Below, one piece after another: positions 23,166 to 34,322 of a stretch of 34,322 bases of DNA. The notes below the pieces were generated by a model. It had not been told where the DNA came from. It ran no database searches and was given only the letters and a program-made list of their open reading frames with translations. Source of the DNA: Octopus sinensis. Taxonomy: Eukaryota. The stretch covers positions 1-34,322 of the forward strand of contig NW_021832028.1 in the NCBI RefSeq assembly GCF_006345805.1. Reading direction: 5' to 3'. The translations under genes were made by a program, and so were the position numbers. Every line of letters starts with the position of its first letter. The stretch's first letter is position 1.

Positions 23166-23332
23166 TATTAAAAATATCTAAATTAATATGATGATAGTGA
23201 TGAAGGTTTATTCTGTGTTTGTTCTGGTTTCGGAAAAAGCCCGTCCTATCTTCACTTCCCAGTAAAGCTTGATTCGCGGATGTTACCACTTGAGTAATTT
23301 TCGTTTAACAAGCATTTTTCTCACGGTGCATA
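23166..23332 (+). repeat. Copy 1 of a diverged direct repeat (TA...TA bounded) left of the mariner
   Basis: Starts TATTAAAAATAT and ends TCTCACGGTGCATA; colinear with 24445-24625. Confidence 0.85.
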
Positions 23333-24444
23333 CGAGGTGTGTTAAAAAGATAGGACTTCTCTCATAGATATTGCATCAAGTTTTTTTTTTTTTTTTACCA
23401 AAAACTACGTTGTTGCATAAGCCGAAACCATCAAATTTAGCAGACCTTTGGCGATGATGCAATGGTCAGATCATGGAGTGGTGCAACCCGCTTCAAATAT
23501 GGCCTTGCCTCAGTGGAGAGAGAGATATATATCTACGCTGAGGTTGGCCATCAACAAGCCGAAACGGAGAACCACTTGAAGTAGGCTCGGCGATTAGTCA
23601 TGGAAGCCGTCGTGTGACAATCCAGGAAATTACTCATGAAGCACCGGATCAGTGCATTCTATTTTAACGAAGGGTTTGTGTATGTGGAAAGTGCCGGTAA
23701 AATTCGCCCAAAGGTGCTGGCAGAGCAGTAGAGAAAACTGACTGGAAATTGCTCAGGACATGTTGGACTGTGCAAACCACAACCCAGACTTAATGAAGAC
23801 TCATCATCTCGGGGGATGAAATATGGTTATGGTTACGGTCCAAAGACCAAGGAAAACTAAGTTCTAGTCCGCCCGATGGAAGTATCCGTAGTCACCAAAG
23901 CAAACAAAGCACGACAGGTTCGCAGTAATAGGAAGGTAATAGTGACCTGTTCCTACGACTAACGTGGTTTATTTGAGCACCATGAATATCCACAAGGCCA
24001 AGCTATCAAGAAGGAATGCTATATGGTTATACCACGTGATGCCGTGCGTCGAAAGTGGCTGGACATGTGGCGTCGAAAAATAGACAGCTTCACCACGACA
24101 ATGCGCCAGCTCATTCCGTCCACACAGTTCAAGCTTTCCTGGCCAAGTGCAAAATAAGCCCTTGTTCAGCAATCTATTTTCCCAGCTTGATACCGTGTGA
24201 CTCTTGGCTCTTTCTTCAGATGACAACCAGTGTGAAAGGGAAGCGATTTGAGTCGCGAGAGGAGATACTGAGAAAAGCAACGGCGGAGCTCCATAACCTT
24301 TCCAGAGAAGGCCCGGAGGTGATAGCTGCAGTAGCAGAACCACTGAGGGAGAATCTTGAAGGTTATTATATATACAATTTATGAAATGTATACAAAAATT
24401 TTTTTTCAAGCCTTAAAGGTCGAATACTTTCTGAACGCACCTCG
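23333..24444 (+). mobile_element. Decayed mariner (Tc1/mariner superfamily) DNA transposon, 1112 bp, with TA target duplication
   Basis: Imperfect TIRs: TA|CGAGGTGTGTTAAAAAG versus the reverse complement of the right end, TA|CGAGGTGCGTTCAGAAAG. Transposase remnants across frames: RRVTIQEI, IISGDE.W..GY, LHHDNAPAHS, PCDSWLF, KGKRFES. Confidence 0.92.
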
Positions 24445-24625
24445 TATTAAAAATATTTCAGTTATATGATAGTAATGAGGATGATCTTATGCTCTAAAGC
24501 TGTGTGTTCATTCTCGCTTGGAATAAGCCATTCCTATCTGTTCAGTTTCCGGTCAATTTGACTCACGGATGTTACCACTTGATAGAGCATTTTCCTGTTA
24601 ACAAGCATTTTTCTCACGATGCATA
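24445..24625 (+). repeat. Copy 2 of the diverged direct repeat, right of the mariner
   Basis: Starts TATTAAAAATAT and ends TCTCACGATGCATA. It has identical 17-nt and 21-nt blocks with copy 1. Confidence 0.85.
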
Positions 24626-24988
24626 TCCAACGTGCAAGATTGCACGTAGAAATGCTTTAATCCCAATGATGTACACTTGACTTCCGCACCTCATCTTGAT
24701 ACTTAGTATCCAGCGAGTTTCAGCGGAACAAACAAACGTTTCCATAATTTGCCTAAAATAATCTCTACATTATCCATTTACGCATATTTCTGTTTAATTT
24801 TCTTCGTAATTTCTTTTAAAACATAACAATTTAGGAGTATCTTATTTTGTATCATGTGTTTTTGCAAAGATCTTTTCGGTTTCGTATCGCACTAACCATC
24901 AGGTCATATCGCAATATGTATGTATCGACTAACTGGAAAAATTGTGTTATCATTTGCTAAAATACTCATTGATCAATTATCAATTTCT

Positions 24989-25026
24989 CTAATATGTATT
25001 TTTTTTTTATTTCTCTTTCTGATCAG
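24989..25026 (+). other. Putative 3' splice acceptor upstream of the Id ATG
   Basis: CTAAT (24989-24993), a long T/C tract and CAG at 25024-25026, 17 nt before the ATG. Confidence 0.55.
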
Positions 25027-25043
25027 ATCTTGGCTTAAGCAAT

Positions 25044-25409
25044 ATGAAAGCTATTTCACATCCTTTTTCCCTGAAACACAACGGAGATATGGGTCTACGA
25101 CACGGGGAGAACTGTCGGGTAACGAAGGGCACTGCAAAGCCCAACGAAGGGGACATTATGACTCCGGAAATGCAGGAGTGCTTTCAAAAACTCATCAACT
25201 TGGTGCCAACCATTCCTCGTACTCACAAAATCTCCAAAGTACAGTTGTTGCAGCATGTGATCGATTACATCTTAGACTTAGAGGTGGCATTGGACTACCC
25301 TAACTTCGTACAGTCACCTCCACCACAGCTGATTAACACAGCCAGTGCACTCTTTAACCGAACGCCCCTATCGGAAAAAGTTGATCCAAATCCCATCGTA
25401 TCACATGAA
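25044..25409 (+). CDS. Id: Inhibitor of DNA binding (Id/extramacrochaetae) HLH protein, main coding exon (122 codons, phase-0 donor)
   Basis: MKA start typical of Id. HLH without a basic region: MQECFQKLINLVPTIPRTHKISKVQLLQHVIDYILDLEVAL (25170-25292), with the Id-diagnostic LQHVIDYILDL. RTPL D-box-like motif at aa 106-109. Donor GAA|GTGAGT at 25410. No one-to-one vertebrate paralog is implied. Confidence 0.93.
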
Positions 25410-25474
25410 GTGAGTATACTTTCAATTAAACTTTCAAGTTAATCCTAATCGTATTTTCATCGCATGCGTGCGTT

Positions 25475-25477
<3 letters not shown>

Positions 25478-25514
<37 letters not shown>

Positions 25515-25618
25515 ATATATGTATGTATCTATCAATACACATATATACATACAGATACACACGTGTATATGTGTATAAATATATGTACATGTATATATAT
25601 ATGCATATATGAATATAC

Positions 25619-25656
<38 letters not shown>

Positions 25657-26196
25657 GTGTATATATATATATATATATATAATATATATATATAATATAT
25701 ATATATACATATATATATTATATACATATGCATATATGAATATACATACATATGCATATATGAATATACATACATATGCATATATGAATATACATACATA
25801 TACATATGTGTATATATATGCATACACACACATATATATATATATATATATATGTATAATATATATATATACATATATATATTATATATATATAATGTAT
25901 TGTATATGTATATGTGCATAATATGAATAAATGTATAATATATATATATATACACACACGTACCCCGAAATGTATATATATTTTTACACGAGCATATAAA
26001 TTATGTATAACATGTAAATCATAAAATGCATGTATTGTATGTGTACATGCAGTATGATATATATACACAAACATGTGTAAACACAGATACCTATACACGT
26101 TAGTGTATGTGCGTACGTGTACACCTTTGCATATATATACTCATTTACGAAGTAAATTTACATGACGACAAATGTGTGTTTAGTGTAACACACACA

Positions 26197-26250
<54 letters not shown>
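25478..26250. repeat. (GT)/(TA)/(CA) compound microsatellites filling the Id intron
   Basis: Direct inspection. Confidence 0.9.
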
Positions 26251-26251
<1 letters not shown>

Positions 26252-26283
26252 AGTACCCTAATTTTATCTACCGATCACTACAG

Positions 26284-26322
26284 TACCCTGAAAAGATGGA
26301 GATAACATGTGGGGTACTGTGA
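26284..26322 (+). CDS. Id: Probable second coding exon of Id (YPEKMEITCGVL*), giving a 134-aa protein
   Basis: CTAAT branch-like site, then TACAG acceptor (26283), in phase 0. A short C-terminal exon with a near-terminal Cys parallels vertebrate Id genes. The pyrimidine tract is modest. Confidence 0.5.
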   Translation, partial: YPEKMEITCGVL

Positions 26323-26539
26323 CCTCTCGGCAGAAACAGTTGTTAGAAACTTCTTTTTCTCTATTCTAAAAATTACTGGTACTTATTGTATGTAATACAC
26401 AATATTTACACCTGTATGTATATTCTCAGAATTGTTTAAAATAAATATAAAAAAGACAATATATAATGTCTAACAGTTGATGCATACTATCTCTGGTTCC
26501 CCTCAATTTTCTTTGCGTTCTTGTCCCATTTTGTATTTA

Positions 26540-27010
26540 TATATATTATATATATATCTATATATATATAAATACATACATATATATATGTATATATATG
26601 TGTATATATATGTGTATATATATGTGTATATATATGTATATATATATGTATATGTATATATATGTATATATATATGTATATGTATATATATATGTATATG
26701 TATATATATATGTATATGTATATATATATGTATATATGTATATATATATGTATATGTATGTATATATATGTATATGTATGTATATATATGTATGTATGTA
26801 TATATATGTATGTATGTATATATATGTATGTATGTATATATATGTATGTATGTATATATATGTATGTATGTATATATATGTATATATATGTATATGTATA
26901 TATATGTATATGTATATATATGTATATGTATATATATGTATATATATGTATATGTATATATATGTATATGTATATATATACATATATATATATGTATATA
27001 TGAGAGAGAG
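26540..27010. repeat. (TA)/(TATG)/(TATATG) compound array
   Basis: Direct inspection. Confidence 0.95.
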
Positions 27011-27242
27011 AGACACTCACACACACCATTTTCGCTTTTAGTTTTGAGTTAAATATTCTGATTTTGAAAAAATTCGAGAAGATTTAAACATGTAACAAAC
27101 AGCATGTCATATCATATGTTTTTGGTAGAAGAGTGTTGTAATTCGTCTGAAACATTGTAGTACAGGAGTACAACAATAGATGGAATAAGGAAGCTTCTTC
27201 TAAAACTGCATAAAGTTAGAAAAAAAAACCTTTATATTTCAG

Positions 27243-27590
27243 GTGCAAAAGTCTATCTTCAAAACGTCGATCCTGCCATTTTCCGATTTCAAAGTTTTAC
27301 GTTCCTTCTGAAGATGACCTTTGCACCCGAAAGTATTTTTTTTAATACTTTGTGCATTGTTAGCTTTTCTCATTTTATCCATCTGTATAGATAGGCGATA
27401 AGAATGTCCTTGTAAATCAATCAGGTGCTTTTGATTGAAAAAGGCAAAAAGAAGAAAATTGTGCCAGTGCGCCCAGTCACGAGTTAAAAGCTCTGTTTAA
27501 AATCACACTAGAATTTTACTTTTGGAAACATTGTTATAAGAACCAACTGAAAGAAATATTAGAATGTCAATAATAAAATTAGTGTTCATT
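27243..27590 (+). other. Probable terminal (3' UTR) exon of Id
   Basis: Acceptor TTTATATTTCAG|G at 27242, U-rich UTR-like sequence and AATAAA at 27572-27577. The end position is approximate. Confidence 0.4.
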
Positions 27591-28287
27591 ATGCTTTAAG
27601 ATGGCCAAGGAAAAACGGGTCCGCCAAAATATCAAAACAGAACATGCATTTTAAGACGAAGTCTTTCAGAAAGCAAGTAGCAGGTAGAATTTTGGAATAA
27701 CTATCTCCTATCTCATAAAGGAGAGCAAGAACTGATAGGTTTTCTTAAATGACTTCCGCCCTCTTTTTTTTTTTTTTTTAAGACACTATTTCGGTGTCCC
27801 AAGCAGGAATTTCGATTCTAGAGTTTTTTTTTTCCGACCACAACTGTTTTTCCTTTTTACGATTTGTTCCCATCCAATTTCATGTCTACTTCCTTGACAG
27901 TGGAAGCCAGTGGTAATCTTGTTTTTCAAAATTCTACCAAGTTCTCATCTGTCAGTAATACAAATTAGCCAAATTTATCCCAGATAACAGACTGATTTAC
28001 GATGTATTCATGAGTTCAAATCTAAACGTCTTTTGAGATCAGATTAGATCAGAACTTTGTGCTTCTAATGTAATTTCCCCTATTTGTGAGTCACATTTGT
28101 ATGTGCATGTAGAAGAAGAATGCGCTGTGTGTGCGTAACGTGTCCTGCCCCACAAAAATTTAGGAGTGGAATCAAAACTTAACGCAGAAAATTCAGATCT
28201 TTATCAAGGTTTAGTGACCAGATGGGCAAAGGTTTTATATTACACTTAACTATTGAATGAACATAAATACTGTATCTGTTGATAATG

Positions 28288-28333
<46 letters not shown>

Positions 28334-28877
28334 TAAGTACTTTCACGCTTACTCTTAGTATCAAGGTTGTTTGGTTCACCATGTCATTAACTCGAGTGGC
28401 TGGGTGGGGTTTTTAAGTAATCAGTTTTGGTCACAGGGGACACAGGCTGTTTGTGTGTTGTTTGTAAGTTTGTTGAGCCCCAGGTGCATTTACATTGATG
28501 TAAGCAATCATCCCAGCGTTGGTCAACTCCCCGTTTTTAAAAGAAATGTTTTTCAGGGTTTTGTAGGAGTCTGTATATCATTCAATGTATCGTTCCTTTT
28601 TCCCGAAATTCAGATGTCACTGGAAGGGAAGGCAAGGCAACTTGAGCGTATCTTCTTGGTCTCACTACATGCTAGAAATAGCAAGCTAAGTCTCCCCAGT
28701 TACAGTATATTTCCTCATTCGTTAAGAGGAAAGAAGTCCACTCAAATATTATACAAGTCACAAATCTCTCCTGACATTCCTTAACAAGGACAATGAAGTT
28801 ACATTCTGTAGTCAATATGTATACATACATGTATGCGTGTGTATATATGTGCGCATGCTTGTGTGTGTGTGTGTGTA

Positions 28878-28947
<70 letters not shown>

Positions 28948-29939
28948 TGTTTAAAAGTAATAAGTAGTGCTGTTTAGGTAACTATTAAAAACCGTATTTT
29001 TTCCCCTCTTCCAACATCCAGTCTAGAGCACGAGTTTGCTCTTGTTTAACAGGCGAATATGGCACAAATGTTTTTAATTACCGAACATAAAATGACATTG
29101 CAATAACAGTATTTTCATATATGTATCTCATGTCCTTAATTAAAGTCAGTTTCTTTACTTAACCGTTTTTTTTTTTCTGTCTTGTGAGCCGAGGAAAAAA
29201 AACTTACTCCATTATTATAATAATGCAAGTAAATTTTAGGGAAAGGTTAATGGATGTAGAGGACTAAATTGACCCAAGTCTTCGAGAAATTACTTATCAT
29301 TTATCAAAATAATGAAATATTGTTATTCAAATGCTTGACTGTCTCTAGTTTCACAAAGTTGATAGTTCCTCTGATGGAGTATAGTTTTGTGACCACATTA
29401 CTAGTTCTGAAAAAAATACCCACCTTCCAATATCTTATTCACTATTCGAAATCATTCGGTGAATTACTGTTTATGCCTCCAACATCCTTTGTGCTTAAAG
29501 CTTACATAATATAGTTACATAATAGTGAAGTGCACATGAAGGGGTGGGTACTGGGTAGGAAGCGTGAAGTTTTCCTATGGTAAGGAGTGACACTGTTTGA
29601 CAGATGTACACACACACACACACACACACACCACACACACACACACACACACAATAAACACATGACTTTCAGTGTGTGCGTTATGTATATACTCACACAT
29701 GTATGTACATGTACATACACACACATGTATATATGTGTACATGTGTACATATAATTTGATATAATCAGATAACCATCAACATTGTTTTTTTTTTTTATTA
29801 TTGTTGTTGGTATTACGTTTATCTCGAAATTTGTTTGCTGTGTCACCTCGAGGAATTCTCTAGCTAAACAGATGTTTCACAACAGTAATATCAGCTCGAC
29901 ACATCTTAACAAACAAATAACACACACACACACACACAC

Positions 29940-29990
<51 letters not shown>

Positions 29991-30242
29991 ACTACATAAA
30001 CCACACGTGTGTATAGTTTTAGCTACGGGAATAAAATAGATGCACTGAACTGATGGAACACGAGCATACATGCATAGAATCAAGCTGAAGATTCTCTCTC
30101 TCTCTCTTTCACTTTCTCTCTCTCTCTCTCTCTCTCGTACCCAACACACATTTTCCCTGCTCACATAACACACATTCTCTCACACATGTATGAATCGATG
30201 ATTTCATCTGAAAGATAGTTTTCTTTCATGTTTCAATGTATG

Positions 30243-30304
30243 CCTTTCGAACAGAAAATTGCCATTAAACGTTCCTTTCTAACAGAAAATTGTCGCTAAA
30301 CGGT
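30243..30304. repeat. 31-bp tandem repeat x2
   Basis: CCTTTCGAACAGAAAATTGCCATTAAACGTT / CCTTTCTAACAGAAAATTGTCGCTAAACGGT. Confidence 0.8.
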
Positions 30305-30833
30305 TGTTGTGATTGGTCCTGCTATGCGAGCTCTTTTCAGGACCTCATCGGTGCTGGTGCCACAAAGAAAAACTAAGAGAAACTAAAAAGAAAAACCCCA
30401 TTTTTTTATAAAGCGGTTGGCCTTGGAAAGGTCATCCAGCTGTAGAAACCTTGCAAAACTCAGTGTATTAGACATATACGTGTTGTTGGATTACACTATG
30501 CTGCCTGGCTTGGTTTTAGAATTGCAGGGCGATAAAATGTCCCCAGAACTACTCCATCCTCATCCATCTGTAAAATACACGCAAAGTAGACCTATATATT
30601 TTGACTTAAAAACTGTGTTACGTATATTTTTGTGCTGTGTGTGAGTGTGTAACCCACCATCACTTTAAATAAAATATTTGTACTGGAGAGGTCATGGGTT
30701 AAAGTGAAAAGATTATTTGAAGTTGGGATCAGTGATTCAACGTTTTTGTACGCGTCACATGGTCAGCGACATATACAGCTGACGGCTCAAAAACGGAGAC
30801 GAAGGGCTTTTGAAGTTTCTTAAACCCAGTTAA

Positions 30834-30880
<47 letters not shown>

Positions 30881-31593
30881 CTTGTACATAACCGTCTGTG
30901 CATGTTCTATCTATCTTTATGGATTTGTATACAAATCTCTACCTACCTAAGTCAGATATGTATACACATACACACAAATGAGGCCTTTTGGAGTAAGATT
31001 TATTAGGTTTACACACATGTCGACATATCTTACAACACCGTTGGTTTCACAACTTCACACCCAGACACACACCAGCACGCAGACCTTAATGCCATTGTGT
31101 GACATCCGCTTTCCAAAATGTACTGGCCATTTTAATCGACTGTAGCTGTAGTATTAATGAGTAAATCAACACAGCGCTCCCACCTTACACACACATTACC
31201 AATGTACACACACATACACACATTTCCATATTCTGAGAAACCACGAAACACAAACCAACTTTTATGCACGCTGCTCAATACAAAAAGTGCTATTGTATAT
31301 ATGTATATATATATATATATACACATACATACACTTCGGAGTACTTATTAAACCCAACTAGATTCATTTAAAACAATGCCTCTCTATTCTCTCGGTTAAA
31401 TATGTAAGTCAGAGTAGCCATTGTTCTAAAAAAATAAAAATAAAAAAGCAATAAATACCAAAACGATGAGTTGTGGTGAGGGTGGAAGATGAAGAGGGTT
31501 TTTCTTGAAAAGAACCATTGATATTGACACGCACATATGCAAAATTATATATTACAACATATATATATAATGAATTAGGCATGTACACATACA

Positions 31594-31660
31594 GCTGGTG
31601 AGTTGGGCAGAAGCTGTGGAGTGTCGGACAAAATCACATGTGTTGTGTCATCTTTGATTT
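31594..31660 (+). mobile_element. Very decayed family 'N' SINE head
   Basis: GCTGGTGAGTTGGGCAGAAGC..GTCGGACAAAAT resembles the head at 5356. Confidence 0.35.
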
Positions 31661-31859
31661 TTTTTTTTGTGCGTTCTCATGAATTGTCATATCCTAGTCC
31701 GATGCTGGGACTTGGTACGGTACCTCGTCGTCCTTAAAACTTGCTTGCGGAAAAGTGCAGATCCTTAAGCTCGAATCGAAGAAAGAGGTGGCTTCTGAAG
31801 TAGTGTTCCATTATTTATCATAGCTAGCTAGATAGTTTGAGCCTCTGTGTGCGTGTGTG

Positions 31860-31967
31860 TGTGTGTGTGTGCGCGAGTGTGTAATATTTGTGTATATATA
31901 TATATATATATATATATAGATATATATATATATATATTATATATATATACACACACATACTCTATAT

Positions 31968-32003
<36 letters not shown>

Positions 32004-32329
32004 CACTCATATGCATATATATATACACATCTACATATATATATATGTAGATATACATTATATATATATATATATATATATACATGGATATACATATATA
32101 TATATATACATATGTAATGTATACACCCAATCTGTGTGTGTGAGTGTATATATATATATCTATATATAATATATATATACTCACACACACAGATTGGCTG
32201 TATACATTATACTTTACACATGTAATACATATGTATTACATGCATGTGTATGTGTGTTTTATGTATTAACTTCTAAACGTATTTGTATATGGATATACAG
32301 ATTTATACACACATTGTATATATATAGAG

Positions 32330-32386
<57 letters not shown>

Positions 32387-32400
32387 TGACTTATTATGTG
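31860..32400. repeat. (GT)/(TA)/(CA) compound microsatellites
   Basis: Direct inspection. Confidence 0.9.
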
Positions 32401-32585
32401 AATGACACCAAAGGTATAATTCACCCTCATTACATGTTATTAATGTACATATGTAAATTTAGGCGTAACGTACATACGTGTAAATATAATTGTATACGTA
32501 ATATGTATGAATATATATAATTATATAATTTCCCCCTATATGATGAGATATGAATGCATACATTGTATGTAATAGTCTAATATAT

Positions 32586-32618
<33 letters not shown>

Positions 32619-32969
32619 CCTGGATACAGCATCTACATCTCTACATGTGTGTATGTACATGTATGTATATTTATACAATATGTACAAGGAAATCTATAGA
32701 CAGCTTCATATGTACAATCCATATTATAATCCTGTATGTAATGTATATACGTATATAGCACATTTATACAATATAATGAGATCGGTGTATATAGATTTGC
32801 TACATATATTACAATCTTATATTGTAATGTATAAGGTATATATATAATATATAGTTTATGTTGCAATCTGTTCATGTGTTTACACTTAACATGTAAATGT
32901 TATATAAATGTTTATTTATAAGGAAATCAGTGTACAAATTAACATGTTTAATAAATAATATTGTTGTTA

Positions 32970-33000
<31 letters not shown>

Positions 33001-33402
33001 CCACACAGTTGTTTTTAATATAAAATAATCATCATCTCCGTTTAAATGAGTATCAACAGAAGCCTTTAATGTTGCTGGGCACTTCTGCTAGCAACCACTA
33101 CGTCTACCACCTCTGCCTCTATAAAACGGTTCTCTGGTGGTTGATAGTTGCTGCCATGGCCAATTTTTCACCGTATAGTTGGTTAATGCTGATGGGAGGA
33201 GTCGAGCTATGCTGCTTAAGAAAGACGAAGATATTTTCTTCCCACTAACGGAAGAATCTGATAGGCTAAAAAGGAAAGTCGAAAGGCACGACCTATTTCA
33301 ATAAGAACATGTATTACGAAAGAATGTATTTTCAATTTTTTTGATTTTTAATCAGCAAAATTTTTTCAAAAAAAATAGCATACAGTTTATTCAACCCTAA
33401 CC

Positions 33403-33562
33403 CTCCTAGGCCAGCCTGGTGATATTTTATTTAAACGAAAATAAAAGAAATAAATATTCTATCGTTATTTTACCCTCCTGGGTCAGCCTAGTACAACTTT
33501 ATTTAAACGTAGATAAAAAGAAATATAGTATTGAATCGTTATTTAAATCTCCTGGGTCAGGT
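33403..33562. repeat. 72-74-bp minisatellite, ~2.2 units
   Basis: CTCCT(A/G)GG(C/T)CAG at 33403, 33475 and 33549, with shared TTTATTTAAACG and ATCGTTATTT. Confidence 0.8.
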
Positions 33563-33929
33563 TTGACCAAGAGTAGGCTTCACTCTCTTGGCTGTAACTT
33601 CGCCGTCCATCATGTATTGATTCTATATCGATGTAACTACATCGCGTTTTTCTAACGTTGCCCCCCTTTTTTTTTTTACTTTTGTATACTACATGATTTC
33701 AGGGGAAGTGGATTTGTTATATATTAAACAGCTCGTGTGACCATACAGAAAACTTCATTCTTTAGCTGAAAAATAAAGCTTGATGGGAGGGGGAATTTGA
33801 ACTCCTTGCCAAGGCTTCCATTTGGCACATATTTTAGATCGATAAATAGCTATGGAGTAGCACACATTGAATCCCGAATCAGTCGAGTTTCGAGACTTGG
33901 TAGCAGTATTAAAATAATTCCTATAGATA

Positions 33930-34035
33930 CATTTTGAGTTCAGACTCTGAGGCCCAATTAGCCGTTTTCATCCTCTTTCGGGGGTCGATAAATCAATACT
34001 AATCATATATTGCAGTCAATGGTATCGACTAATGA
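33930..34035 (+). mobile_element. Decayed family 'N' SINE
   Basis: TTTTGAGTTCAGA..TTTTCATCCTCTTTCGGGGTCGATAAAT..GGTATCGACTAA. Confidence 0.6.
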
Positions 34036-34322
34036 CGTGCCCTCAAGATAACTGACCCTGATCTTGAACGAAGCGACCACGATCATTTTTGTTATCCTTG
34101 ATATAAAATAGTTGTCTTGACTTCAGATCAAAACCTGATCCATCTTGCATTTTCCCAATTTCACAATTCACTTGTTATGCACAATGTAATCCCAAATACA
34201 CCTGCTACCTCAAGCAGGCCACCGTCTTTTAATCAATCTATTGATAAATATACTATTTTCTAAGGACAAAACTACTGAGGTCAACGTCCCTTAAACTCTA
34301 AATCGTCTGGCCTTGTTCGTCT

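Noticed and set aside
24055-24384. 109-aa ORF with HHDNAPAH as a functional or domesticated transposase
   Set aside because: It is only a fragment; the rest of the transposase has many stops and frameshifts.
18300-25040. BMP-responsive element (GRCGNC-N5-GTCT) expected near Id genes
   Set aside because: I found no full match by eye, only half-sites such as GACGTCTG at ~22203. A proper motif scan is needed to exclude it.
24920-25303. 127-aa ORF overlapping Id in another frame
   Set aside because: It starts in T-rich putative intron sequence and has no recognisable domain; it is a shadow of the Id exon.
28179-30644. Short ORFs downstream of Id (e.g. 28371-28784) as a second gene
   Set aside because: No domain signatures, the composition is intergenic or UTR-like, and no coherent splice chain was found.
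33393-33404. Telomeric repeat
   Set aside because: Only two hexamer-like units, too short to call interstitial telomeric sequence.

Overview
Eukaryotic, AT-rich, microsatellite-saturated genomic DNA. The SINE complement (tRNA-head/CORE-type and related families) points to a coleoid cephalopod, probably an octopus (inference from family recognition, no search run). The only host protein-coding gene I can support is an Id/extramacrochaetae-family HLH gene on the + strand: main coding exon 25044-25409, probable short second coding exon 26284-26322 and probable terminal exon from 27243. The left ~18 kb is dense in retroposons: about 17 SINE copies or fragments, Penelope-like fragments with minimal hammerhead-ribozyme motifs, and three decayed R4/Dong-type RLE retrotransposon pieces stacked in (AAT)n/(GAT)n arrays. 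The right 16 kb around Id has almost no SINEs but holds a decayed mariner sitting exactly between two diverged copies of a ~170-bp TA-bounded segment. Nearly all ORFs in the supplied track are microsatellite or repeat artefacts. I find no convincing new multi-gene system. The best leads are the mariner-centred duplication upstream of Id, the R4/Dong stack and the hammerhead motifs.
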